Part shown: piece after piece, positions 42,448 through 51,423 of the stretch
How the letters are laid out: every line of letters begins with the position of its first letter
Numbering within the stretch: position 1 is the first letter of the stretch
Assembly: GCA_963719315.1 (NCBI GenBank)
Contig: CAVRBU010000011.1
Coordinates: forward strand, 128,001-192,000
DNA from: an uncultured Planctomycetota bacterium
GTDB taxonomy: Bacteria > Planctomycetota > Planctomycetia > Pirellulales > Lacipirellulaceae
Reading direction: 5' to 3'
Length of the DNA stretch: 64,000 nt
Made by a program: the position numbers and the translations under genes
Notes under the pieces: model-generated
Databases searched by the model: none
Seen by the model: only the letters and a program-made list of their open reading frames with translations
What the model was told of the DNA's origin: nothing

Positions 42448-43320
42448 GTGGGCATCGGTCAATTCTTCAAATCGTTTCTCGAAGGCGGCAAGGTCGATAT
42501 CGCCAGCCGGTATGAGATCCTGCGCGAAGCGGTCTCGGGCACGATGTCGAACTTTCACATGGCCCGCGACCGCATAACCGACCAAATCGTGGGCCTCAAG
42601 ATTCTGGATAAGGCCAAAACTGACGCCCTGGAGGCCCGATTCAAAGGGCTCAAAAAACCGACAGAAGGCGAAATCGCGGTGTCGTTTATGCATCCGCGAA
42701 TTGTTGAGACCTATTCGCACGGCGTCACCACGAACGACGAGCAGTTCTTGGTGATGGAATTCCTCGACGGGCCCGGCCTGAACTCGCTCCTGATCAGCCG
42801 AAGCAACTTGTTGGTTGGCAATCGGCTGAAGCTGGCGCGGCAAGCGGCCGAGGCGCTCGAAGCAGTGCACGAAGCCGGCTACATCCACCGTGATATCTGC
42901 CCGCGGAATTTTGTGTGTTCCAAAGACGCGACTTCCTTGAAACTGATCGATTTCGGACTCACACTGCCGGCCGAGAAGGAGTTCATGCAGCCCGGCAATC
43001 GCACCGGCACGCCGAACTACATGGCGCCCGAGGTGGTGCGCCGCAAACAGACCGACCAGCGCCTGGATATTTTCGCCTACGGGGTTTCACTGTACGAGTT
43101 GTTTTCGTTCGAATTACCCTGGCAACGTGGCGACACGGGCCAGGCAGCGATGTCGCACGGCATGAGCGCACCGCCGCCGCTCAGTAAGTATTACCCGAAG
43201 ATCAACCCGACGCTGGAAGATGCCATCCACAAGTGCATGGAAGCCGATGCCGAAAACCGCTTCCAGAGTATCGGACAATTTCAAAAGGCAATCGCCCGGC
43301 TCCAGCACGAAGACGCCTAG
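42448..43320 (+). CDS. Ser/Thr protein kinase (catalytic domain only)
   Basis: GLKIL, HRDICPRN, IDFG, GTPNYMAPE. Confidence 0.9.
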   Translation: MGIGQFFKSFLEGGKVDIASRYEILREAVSGTMSNFHMARDRITDQIVGLKILDKAKTDALEARFKGLKKPTEGEIAVSFMHPRIVETYSHGVTTNDEQFLVMEFLDGPGLNSLLISRSNLLVGNRLKLARQAAEALEAVHEAGYIHRDICPRNFVCSKDATSLKLIDFGLTLPAEKEFMQPGNRTGTPNYMAPEVVRRKQTDQRLDIFAYGVSLYELFSFELPWQRGDTGQAAMSHGMSAPPPLSKYYPKINPTLEDAIHKCMEADAENRFQSIGQFQKAIARLQHEDA

Positions 43321-43388
43321 CGCCGAAGATGGCAGCGGCAGGCATTGCTGCATTGGGCCTCTGATTCGCGGACGATATAATCCGGTTT

Positions 43389-43958
43389 ATGGATGACAAT
43401 CTTTGGCTTGCCTCTGTGCTTGAAACCATTGACAGCCATCGACGATTAGCCGATGGCGCGATTTCGCAATTAACTGATGAGGAGTTAACGCGGCGGCCGG
43501 CGGAGGGCGTCAATAGCGTAGCCGTGATCATGCGGCATATCGCGGGCAACCTCATCAGCCGCTGGACCGATTTTCTTACGACCGACGGCGAAAAGCCCAC
43601 GCGGCATCGTGACGCGGAGTTCGAAGATTGGCCCGGCCATGGCGCGGCACTTCTGCGGCACTTCCACGTCGGCTGGCAGACTTGGCGCACGGCGATCGAG
43701 TCGCTGACTGCGGACGACTTGACGAAAACCGTCACCATCCGCGGCGAACCCCATTCAGTTCCGCTTGCCATCGAGCGCTCGCTCACGCATACCGCGTATC
43801 ACGTAGGCCAGATCATGCTCATCGCGCGGCTCGTCCACGCGGGCGACTGGCAGTGGCAAACCATCCGCCCCGGCGGCAGCCAGCAGCACAATGAACAAAC
43901 CTGGGGAACGGCGGCAAGTCGCGGGGCGGCGGGACACTCTTTGGACCAGAATAACTGA
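43389..43958 (+). CDS. DUF1572 / DinB-superfamily protein
   Basis: NSVAVIMRHIAGNLISRWTDFLTTDGEKP.R.RD.EF, H.AYHVGQI. Confidence 0.9.
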   Translation: MDDNLWLASVLETIDSHRRLADGAISQLTDEELTRRPAEGVNSVAVIMRHIAGNLISRWTDFLTTDGEKPTRHRDAEFEDWPGHGAALLRHFHVGWQTWRTAIESLTADDLTKTVTIRGEPHSVPLAIERSLTHTAYHVGQIMLIARLVHAGDWQWQTIRPGGSQQHNEQTWGTAASRGAAGHSLDQNN

Positions 43959-43976
43959 GACAAGCGGGCTTACAAC

Positions 43977-44324
43977 GTGACTAAAAGCGCTCTCTACACG
44001 TTGATTGGATTCGGCATTGGAGTTCTTGTTTCCATTCCTGCGATTATGATGGCGATCTTATCTGGTGGCGCGGGGCATGGGGACTATGCATTTGCCCGTG
44101 CCCTCTTTCCGCTGCCGATGCTAGTAACACTACTAACGAATGACACAATCTCCTTCCCATCAATCGCGTTGGCCCTTGTGCAATTTCCAATCTACGGTGG
44201 CGTTGTTGGCCACGGCTTGACCGGTGCGTACAATACGCGGTTTCGCGCAATTGTTATTATTGCTGTGTTGCACGCCATCTTTGCGGCAATGTGTTTTGCC
44301 GGTCTCCTACCTAACTTTTCGTAG
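43977..44324 (+). CDS. Hypothetical membrane protein
   Basis: Hydrophobic ORF with GAGHG motif and lower GC. Confidence 0.65.
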   Translation: MTKSALYTLIGFGIGVLVSIPAIMMAILSGGAGHGDYAFARALFPLPMLVTLLTNDTISFPSIALALVQFPIYGGVVGHGLTGAYNTRFRAIVIIAVLHAIFAAMCFAGLLPNFS

Positions 44325-44371
44325 ATCGATAGCGGGTCGCGACTACACACAATCGCAAGGATGCCAGGCAC

Positions 44372-45271
44372 CTATCGCGCCCGTGGGTGCGCCTTCTCAT
44401 ACGCCGCGCGGAGGTTTGCGGTGCTGACGTGGGTGTAGATTTGCGTCGTGACGAGGCTTTTGTGGCCGAGTAGCTCCTGCACGCTGCGGATGTCGGCGCC
44501 GCGGTCCAAAAGGTGCGTGGCAAAGCTATGGCGGAGCGTGTGAGGCGACGTCCGCTGGTCGAGGCCCGTTTCTTTCAAGTACTTTTCGAGCATGCGGGCA
44601 ACGCTGCGCGTGGTTAGCCGCGTGCCGAATTTGTTCGTGAAGACCGGGGCCTCGCGGCCTTTCCTTTCGCGGTCGGCCAGCTTGCGGACTTCCTGCCAAC
44701 TTTTCAACGCGCGAGTAGCGTAGGAGCCGATCGGAGCAAGCCGCTCTTTCTTGCCCTTGCCGCGGATGCGGGCGATGCCGGCTGGGAAATCGAGGTCGCC
44801 GTCGTTGAGCCCGACGAGCTCGCTCACGCGCAGGCCGGCCGAGTAAAGCGTCTCCAGAATTGCGCGGTCGCGAACGGCGGCGCCTGAGTTGCCCCGTGGG
44901 GCAGCCAACAGTTTGCCGATCTCATCTGTCGTCAGGAAGTGCGGGAGCTTGCGGCTCTTTCGCGGGTTGCGGAGCGCTTTGGCCGGGTTCGATTTGGCCC
45001 AGCCTTCCCGTTGGCCGAATTTCAGGAAGCTGCGGACAGACGCCAGGCGTCGCGAGATCGAAGTCTTGGCGTAACCAGCTTCGTGCAGCGCCGAGAGAAA
45101 CCCGCGCAGCTCGTTGGTCGTAATGCCGCCCGGCGGCGGGCTGGCGCCCTCGCCATCGGCCAGGTACTCGGCCAGCGCGTGCAAATCCTCGCGGTATCCT
45201 TTGAGCGTGTGGGGCGAAGCGCCGCGCTCCACGCGAAGATACTGCAGGAAGTGGCCGATCTGGGGGCGCAT
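44372..45271 (-). CDS. xerC: Tyrosine recombinase XerC
   Basis: RDRAILETLYSAGLRVSEL, GKGKKER, HTLRHSFATH, LLGH, TTQIYT. Confidence 0.9.
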   Translation of the reverse strand: MRPQIGHFLQYLRVERGASPHTLKGYREDLHALAEYLADGEGASPPPGGITTNELRGFLSALHEAGYAKTSISRRLASVRSFLKFGQREGWAKSNPAKALRNPRKSRKLPHFLTTDEIGKLLAAPRGNSGAAVRDRAILETLYSAGLRVSELVGLNDGDLDFPAGIARIRGKGKKERLAPIGSYATRALKSWQEVRKLADRERKGREAPVFTNKFGTRLTTRSVARMLEKYLKETGLDQRTSPHTLRHSFATHLLDRGADIRSVQELLGHKSLVTTQIYTHVSTANLRAAYEKAHPRAR

Positions 45272-45275
45272 CGAA

Positions 45276-45365
45276 GGGTTGAGTGTTGAGCGTTTAGGGT
45301 TGAGGGTTCAAGGCCGGAATCAAACATCCGACCCTCAACACTCAACCCTCCACACTCAACTCTCT
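45276..45365. repeat. Inverted heptamer-repeat hairpin (gagggtt/gagtgtt ... aaccctc/aacactc); related at 49130-49149 and 58152-58227
   Basis: Arms with 7-bp periodicity in inverted orientation. Confidence 0.75.
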
Positions 45366-45602
45366 AAAACAGCTCTTCGCTGTCTGTCACTTGCGGCATG
45401 CGGAGTCGCGAGCGTTGTTGCCGTTCTTCTTGGCGAATCTTTTGGCTCAGCACGGCTGCATCATACCAACTGAAACTCAACTCCGGATTCGAGGCATGCC
45501 GGCCGAGCATGCGGAGCGCTTCGCGCGCTGCGAATCGTCGTAGAGAAAGATGTAGCGTTCTTTGCCTTTGATCAGGGCGAGTACGTTGATGTCGTCGTTC
45601 AC
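45364..45602 (-). CDS. Small conserved hypothetical protein, apparent frameshift near 45525
   Basis: MNDDINVLALIKGKERYIFLYDD + EALRMLGRHASNPELSFSWYDAAVLSQKIRQ. Confidence 0.7.
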
Positions 45603-45748
45603 GTGCCAAGACTCCGTTCGGCAGCGGGCGGGGGTTGGCCGTCAGTTGCTGGGGGCTGAGGGCGTTGGGGCGGGGGGACTGAGTCGCGTCGCGAGGCTTG
45701 CTGGACATCCGGTCTCGGCGAGCGGACACGGCTCGACTCTACGACGTT

Positions 45749-47092
45749 TTATCGGCAATCGGACCAGCTATACACCACTCGCGTTTCACCAGCGCCGCCG
45801 CGCGCAGAGAGCATTTCGTTGATGTGCTTGTGACAGCAGAAGCGGATGAAGTCGTCGCTGCGCTGGAGGTAGTTTTGCCAGCCGCCGAACCGCGCATCGT
45901 CGCGAAAGTGATAGTAGCTGGCGAGTGCTTCCGTGAAATCGCTGTCGTTGCCCGAATAAATCCGCGTGTGCGCCATAACCGGACCATTTGTGGGACAGCA
46001 GGCGGGCCGCACCGGACTCGGCGGCGGCGAAATGAAACCCCGCGCATCGGGCCAACCTGGTGGCAACGCGCCACTCACGCCGATCGCACCGGTCGTATCA
46101 CCGGCAGCAATCGAGGCCGATTGCATCGATGACGACGGCATACCCGCAGTGCTGGCGCTGGGCGGCAGCTCTTCCGCTTCGTTGGTTGCAAGATGAATCG
46201 CTTGGGCGACGTGGCCGCTATCGTCGCCGCCCTTGGAGCGGGCAGAGGGCTTCGTGGCGTCGCCGCCGTTGCCGGTTGATTCCTTGCTCGGCGCTGGGTT
46301 TTTACCGGCGTCTTTCGCGGCGGGCGACTCCATGGGCAAACCAGGGAAGGGCGCTGGTTCGGCCGGTTGTGGCGGCAATATCGAAGGCGCTATTGGTTGC
46401 AGGTCGCAAGCGGGTGTTTGCGTGGCGAGCTGCGCTTTGGCCAACGCGAACTCCGATTCGAACACGAGCGGCGCTGGAATATATTCTTCTTCCGGCGTGC
46501 CCCAAGGCAGGCCGTAACCGGGCGGTATTTCGTGGAACCCGGGGTTCGCCGCGTACCATTCAACGCGCAACCCGCACCGGGGCGGATAGTAAGGGCTGTA
46601 ATCGGTGATGGCGCCGATCACGACGGCGTCGACACCCAAGATGGTCGCGAGTCGCCGCGCTTCGTTCGGTCGCGAAAGATCGACTTGATTTTGGATGATG
46701 GCTTCTTCGACAACGCCCAACGGCACGACCTCGAAGCCGGGAACGGTCTGCAGCTCAGCAAAGTAAGCCAGCGCGAACTTGCGACCATCGACGGTGCGCT
46801 CATCGCTCTGATTGAAAAACGGCGCGACCGCTACTTTGCTCAGTTGCGGAAACGGATTGTGGACGACCGGCTCATGACTGACATCGGGAAAGACAAGCGC
46901 GCAGCCAGACGTGCCCAACAGCGCCACGCCAGCCAGCATGACAGCGTAGAGAAGTCGCCGGGGTCTGCCGCCATGTTTCGCTTTGGAAAAATGGAGACTG
47001 ACGCCATCGCCACTCAAATATGAGAAGCCACGCAACATCGGCCGGATAGCGAACGCCAATCCAGCCCCCCTGCTAGCAAAACGAGCGCGCAT
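45749..47092 (-). CDS. Hypothetical lipoprotein (true start probably downstream)
   Basis: LGTSGC lipobox, VAVAPFFN, YSPYYPPR, low-complexity linker. Confidence 0.75.
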   Translation of the reverse strand: MRARFASRGAGLAFAIRPMLRGFSYLSGDGVSLHFSKAKHGGRPRRLLYAVMLAGVALLGTSGCALVFPDVSHEPVVHNPFPQLSKVAVAPFFNQSDERTVDGRKFALAYFAELQTVPGFEVVPLGVVEEAIIQNQVDLSRPNEARRLATILGVDAVVIGAITDYSPYYPPRCGLRVEWYAANPGFHEIPPGYGLPWGTPEEEYIPAPLVFESEFALAKAQLATQTPACDLQPIAPSILPPQPAEPAPFPGLPMESPAAKDAGKNPAPSKESTGNGGDATKPSARSKGGDDSGHVAQAIHLATNEAEELPPSASTAGMPSSSMQSASIAAGDTTGAIGVSGALPPGWPDARGFISPPPSPVRPACCPTNGPVMAHTRIYSGNDSDFTEALASYYHFRDDARFGGWQNYLQRSDDFIRFCCHKHINEMLSARGGAGETRVVYSWSDCR

Positions 47093-47201
47093 AGATACGG
47101 GCGCGCTACGGTTATCGACGGATGGAGGATGAGGCTTGAGGGATTGCCGTCGAAATCGCGATGCAAGCGTTCGGCCCCGGTTTGCTCAGCTTCGATGCCG
47201 T

Positions 47202-47393
47202 TTAGCGATTCGATCGTGCCGCCATGAGGGCTACGAAGAGCAGCGGAACGATGAATATCAAAGAAAAGAAGATCGTGATCGGCGCGTTTGCAATCATTCC
47301 AATCAGCAGTGCCAACAACGTTCGTCCCGCAAAGAGCCAGCGCAGGGAGAAGCGAAGTATTGGCGGTTCTATTGGTCCGATTGTTCCAACCAA
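47202..47393 (-). CDS. Small membrane protein with RFSLRWLF motif
   Basis: FSLR motif followed by hydrophobic helices. Confidence 0.45.
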   Translation of the reverse strand: MVGTIGPIEPPILRFSLRWLFAGRTLLALLIGMIANAPITIFFSLIFIVPLLFVALMAARSNR

Positions 47394-47818
47394 GCGACGT
47401 CGGCGAGGTCTTTGGGCCGGCCAATGGCGAGTTTGTTTTTCAACAATTCATCACGACCGATGATCGGAACGGGTATTCCGTTGATCTGCTTCTGAATGCG
47501 ATTTTGCCAAGCTTCGTCGAATTCCACGCCGTCGATCGAAGTGAGAATGTCGATCCGGTCCGGCTCGACTCCAATCTGATAGACATTGTTGAGAGTCGCG
47601 AAATCTTCAATCTTCAGATTTCGTCGGGGCGCACCGAACTTTTCGAGAGCCGCCCAAACGCGATTCGCGTTTTCCCGGGTTGGTCGAACCCAGATATCAA
47701 AGTCTCCCGTTGCGCGGGCATGGCCGTACGTTGCCATCGCATGAGCGCCAACGACCAGGTATTCACTCCCCGAGTCGTTTAAGGCACTCAACATGTCTCT
47801 GAAATTCTTGGTCAGCAA
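47369..47818 (-). CDS. Nucleotidyltransferase-fold protein
   Basis: YLVVGAHAM..G..R.T.DFDI, IDIL, NK...GRPKDLAD. Confidence 0.85.
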   Translation of the reverse strand: MLTKNFRDMLSALNDSGSEYLVVGAHAMATYGHARATGDFDIWVRPTRENANRVWAALEKFGAPRRNLKIEDFATLNNVYQIGVEPDRIDILTSIDGVEFDEAWQNRIQKQINGIPVPIIGRDELLKNKLAIGRPKDLADVAWLEQSDQ

Positions 47819-47966
47819 CGTTCACACCCTTCATGGCCCAGGCATTGACGGCCAATTGCCACATCATGTTCCAGCGTTCTTCGACGGTCGTGTTGCGCAG
47901 ATCGTCTTCTTTGCCCTGATCGGCAAGTTTCGATTTGCGCTCAAGGTGGCGGTTCGCATCGGTCAT
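47763..47966 (-). CDS. Small helical partner of the nucleotidyltransferase
   Basis: 67-aa ORF (TTVEERWNMMWQL) with GAGG RBS, overlapping the NTase start. Confidence 0.7.
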   Translation of the reverse strand: MTDANRHLERKSKLADQGKEDDLRNTTVEERWNMMWQLAVNAWAMKGVNVADQEFQRHVECLKRLGE

Positions 47967-47975
47967 ACCTCTATT

Positions 47976-48434
47976 CTACCATTTTCGATGGGCGTACGCC
48001 GTCAACTTCCGCCATCGATGGGCAGCCGTATAGAAGCACACGACGGCCGCAACGGTCAGGCAATTGCCGAAAAACCATTGCAATGACGATCGATTTGCAT
48101 ATGCCCAATAGAACTGCAAAAAGGCAATGATCGCGACGCCGCTTCCGAGCACGATCCAGGAGCCGGCTGTGACAAACGCCAAGGCCCGGCGATTTGCTGG
48201 GCGGATTAGCCAGTCGGCAGCGAGCAATGTGGCCACTTGAATCAGAGCGACGACCGCCACGACAAACACGAAGCCGGCGAAGTAAGTGCCAAGAGCCAGG
48301 ACGATCGACACGATTGTAGTGACGGCGAACAAGCTGCGCAGCGAAAATTGCCACTCTGGCGGCGTGGTAGAGTCGCGGGCTGGGGTTTCGGTAATAGTTT
48401 CGTTGTGGACCACGGTGGTGTGTTTGTGCGTCAA
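47976..48434 (-). CDS. Membrane protein with QFSLRSLF motif
   Basis: Four TM segments; overlaps the stop codon of the upstream deacetylase. Confidence 0.75.
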   Translation of the reverse strand: MTHKHTTVVHNETITETPARDSTTPPEWQFSLRSLFAVTTIVSIVLALGTYFAGFVFVVAVVALIQVATLLAADWLIRPANRRALAFVTAGSWIVLGSGVAIIAFLQFYWAYANRSSLQWFFGNCLTVAAVVCFYTAAHRWRKLTAYAHRKW

Positions 48435-49120
48435 ACCAATCCAGCGAACGTCGTCATCCCAATCGGTTCACGACAATGAAATGGCTCGCCGTAGCGCGTG
48501 CCGATGGCTTTGCCCCAGTAAGCGGCTTCGTCGCGGAGGGCGTCGATGAACGTCGGCGGTTCGGTCGGGCGGCCGGTGATGAATTGGCTTTCGTAGCAGC
48601 GAATGGCGGCCAGCTTCTGGTCCCACTCGTCGCTGATATCGAGGACGAAGGCCGGTTGCGGCGTCATCTTCAGGTGCACGCAGTAGTAGTTGTAGATCCG
48701 CTGCGGATGATGCGGCGTGCCGGGCAAGTCGGTTTTGGTGAGCTTGGCCCAGAATCGAGCCGCGTCGACGAGTTCCGTGGCAGCCAGGTGATCCGGGTGT
48801 GCGTCGATCCAATACGGCGCGAACAGCCAGCGCGGCTTCTCTCGACGGATTACGCCGGCCAGCCTCGCGCGATTTTCGATCGTGGCTTCGAGTGCGCGAT
48901 TCGGCAGGCCCAGGTTCTCGCGCCACTCGATGCCGAGGATCGCGGTCGCGGCGGCTGTTTCACGCTTGCGGATCTCCGGCGTGCCGTGCGGCGTGGGCTC
49001 GCCGCTGGTGAGGTCGAGGATGCCGACGCGGCGGCCCTCCTTCACGAATTTCAAAATGGCTCCGCCCATGCCGAGCTCGGCATCGTCGGGGTGCGGGGCA
49101 ATGACGAGGATCTCGAGCAT
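48431..49120 (-). CDS. bshB1: PIG-L family deacetylase, BshB1-like
   Basis: APHPDDAELG, DLTSGE, R.RE, HPDH, KLAAIRCYESQF, YGEPF. Confidence 0.8.
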   Translation of the reverse strand: MLEILVIAPHPDDAELGMGGAILKFVKEGRRVGILDLTSGEPTPHGTPEIRKRETAAATAILGIEWRENLGLPNRALEATIENRARLAGVIRREKPRWLFAPYWIDAHPDHLAATELVDAARFWAKLTKTDLPGTPHHPQRIYNYYCVHLKMTPQPAFVLDISDEWDQKLAAIRCYESQFITGRPTEPPTFIDALRDEAAYWGKAIGTRYGEPFHCREPIGMTTFAGLV

Positions 49121-49264
49121 GGGGTGGGCGAGAGTTGAGGGTCTAGGGTCAAATGCCAGAAAATCTGTGGTGATTTACAGTCCGATTTCCGCTTGCCCGG
49201 TAGTCTGGAATCTGGGAAACTCCGCCGCCAAATTCTGGAACCGATTTTCTTTCCGGTTACTGCC

Positions 49265-49459
49265 ATGTTCCGACATCCTTTCCATTTTACTCGCCGCGTG
49301 GGCTGCCTGGCAGCCTTGCTTCTGCCGCTCGTTTCGACCGGCGGCTGCGCAATGTGGAACAAGGACCTCTGGAATCCCGACCACTATCGCGACGAACGGG
49401 CCGTCGATATCGATAATCGGTTGGAGAAGAATGTGCCGCTCGTCAAGAACCCGTTCTAA
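49265..49459 (+). CDS. Small lipoprotein
   Basis: Lipobox TGGC; 64 aa. Confidence 0.7.
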   Translation: MFRHPFHFTRRVGCLAALLLPLVSTGGCAMWNKDLWNPDHYRDERAVDIDNRLEKNVPLVKNPF

Positions 49460-49542
49460 TCGGGTCCGCGATTCGCTCTAATGGCGACGCGCCGGCGATG
49501 CGTAGCATCGCGGCTATTTTTAATCTTCAGGATGTGGCACTC

Positions 49543-51066
49543 ATGACGAACGATAAGGCTCGCAGCACTTACGAACGACTTTGCAAACACACGCGCGAAG
49601 TCGCCATCCTTAGCTCGACGCAATCGCTCTTAGGTTGGGACGAGCGCACGAAGCTGCCGCCGGCCGGCGGGAATTATCGGGCCGAGCAGATGAGTTACCT
49701 GGCCGGCCTCATTCACCAGAAGCTGACTGCGCCAGAAGTGGGCGAGTGGCTCACCGAGCTCGCCGACAGCCCGCTGGCCGCCGATCCGCACAGCGACACG
49801 GGCGCGGATATCGTCAACCTGAAGCGCGACTACGAGCGGAAAACGAAACTGCCGCAAGCGCTCGTCGAGGAGCTTGCGAAACTCTCGGTCTTGGGTCAGC
49901 AATTGTGGGTGGAAGCTCGCAAAGCAAACGACTTCGGCCGATTTCGCCCGCTCCTCGAACGAACACTCGTGCTCAAGCGCCAAGAAGCGGCCGCGATTGG
50001 CTACGAAAAGGAGGCTTACGATGCGCTGCTCGACGAATTCGAACCGGGGGCAAAAACGACGGAAGTCGCGCGGGCGCTCGCGGGTTTGCGCGAGCAGCTC
50101 GTACCGCTCGTGGCCGCGATTGCGGCCAGTCCTCGACGACCGAATATGGAAGCATTGCGAGGCCGATGTCCAGTCGATTTGCAGGAACAATTCGGCCGCT
50201 GCTGCGTGGGCGCGATCGGCTTCAATTTCAATCAGGGCCGGCTCGACACGACGAATCACCCGTTCTGCGCCGGCGTGGGCCCGTGCGATGTCCGCCTCAC
50301 GACGCGCTACGACGAAAACTTTTTGCCGGGCTCGCTGTTCAGCACGCTGCACGAAGCGGGTCACGGCATTTACGACCAAGGCCTGCGCGAAGAGCACTAC
50401 GGCCTTCCCACGGGAGAGGCCGTATCGCTCGGCATTCACGAATCGCAATCGCGGATGTGGGAAAACCTCGTCGGCCGTAGGCGCGCGTTCTGGGAATACT
50501 TCTATCCGATCGCGCAGCAAACGTTTGGCGAGGCACTGGGCGGCGTATCACTCGACGACTTCTATTTCGCAATCAATGATGTGCGGCCATCGCTGATTCG
50601 TACGGAGTCGGATGAAGTCACCTACAACCTCCATATTTTGATCCGCTTCGAACTCGAACTCGCGCTCATCAACGACGATCTCGCGGTCGTCGATTTGCCA
50701 GAGGCTTGGCACGCCAAGTATCGCGAATACCTCGGCATTCAATCGCCGACCGATGCTGACGGTTTGTTGCAGGACGTGCACTGGAGCTCGGGGGCATTCG
50801 GCTATTTTCCGACGTACTCACTCGGCAACTTGTATGCGGCTCAATTCTTTGAGAAGGCCCAACAAGACCTGGGCGACTTGGACGAGATGTTCGGCCGTGG
50901 CGAATTCTTGCCGCTCCGCGAGTGGCTGCGGACGAAGATCCACGCGGAAGGCCGGCGTTATCCGGCCGCCGAGCTGGGCCGCCGCGTCACTGGCTCGACG
51001 CTAGCACACGACGCACTAATGCGGCATCTCCGCGGTAAGTTTGGGCCGTTGTACGATCTGTACTAA
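49543..51066 (+). CDS. Carboxypeptidase M32 (Taq)
   Basis: HPF, DVRLTTR, HEAGH, HESQSR, IRTESDE, QDVHW, GYFPTYSLG. Confidence 0.96.
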   Translation: MTNDKARSTYERLCKHTREVAILSSTQSLLGWDERTKLPPAGGNYRAEQMSYLAGLIHQKLTAPEVGEWLTELADSPLAADPHSDTGADIVNLKRDYERKTKLPQALVEELAKLSVLGQQLWVEARKANDFGRFRPLLERTLVLKRQEAAAIGYEKEAYDALLDEFEPGAKTTEVARALAGLREQLVPLVAAIAASPRRPNMEALRGRCPVDLQEQFGRCCVGAIGFNFNQGRLDTTNHPFCAGVGPCDVRLTTRYDENFLPGSLFSTLHEAGHGIYDQGLREEHYGLPTGEAVSLGIHESQSRMWENLVGRRRAFWEYFYPIAQQTFGEALGGVSLDDFYFAINDVRPSLIRTESDEVTYNLHILIRFELELALINDDLAVVDLPEAWHAKYREYLGIQSPTDADGLLQDVHWSSGAFGYFPTYSLGNLYAAQFFEKAQQDLGDLDEMFGRGEFLPLREWLRTKIHAEGRRYPAAELGRRVTGSTLAHDALMRHLRGKFGPLYDLY

Positions 51067-51423
51067 GGTCGGTGGAGTCGAAGGCTGGCTTGGCGAGCCA
51101 AGCGTGCGAGAGGCGTCCCTGACGCCGAAGAAGTAACGTAATTCTGCCCGGACTCGGCCTTGAAAAGGCCTCCCACGGCCTCACTTGGAAGCAGCCGCCA
51201 ATAGATGTGCTTCTAGACTCGCGGCTCCTACTATGGGAGTTTGTCGGTTATGCCGGTTAGCGGAGCGGGGGCTCAGTTTTTGCGTAAGCCGATTAAAACC
51301 GAGCGAGCAAGAATGGATGTTTTCGGAACTGGGTGGTGGTAGACTGTTTTAACGCTTATTCCGCTGCTTCTTATTGGCTCGGTGCGACACTTGTCGCGCC
51401 GGCCGCGCCGGAGAATTACGTCC

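Noticed and set aside
44372..45271. Integron integrase or prophage integrase
   Set aside because: Typical XerC length and motifs, no IntI-specific insertion, core-gene context and no attC array seen.
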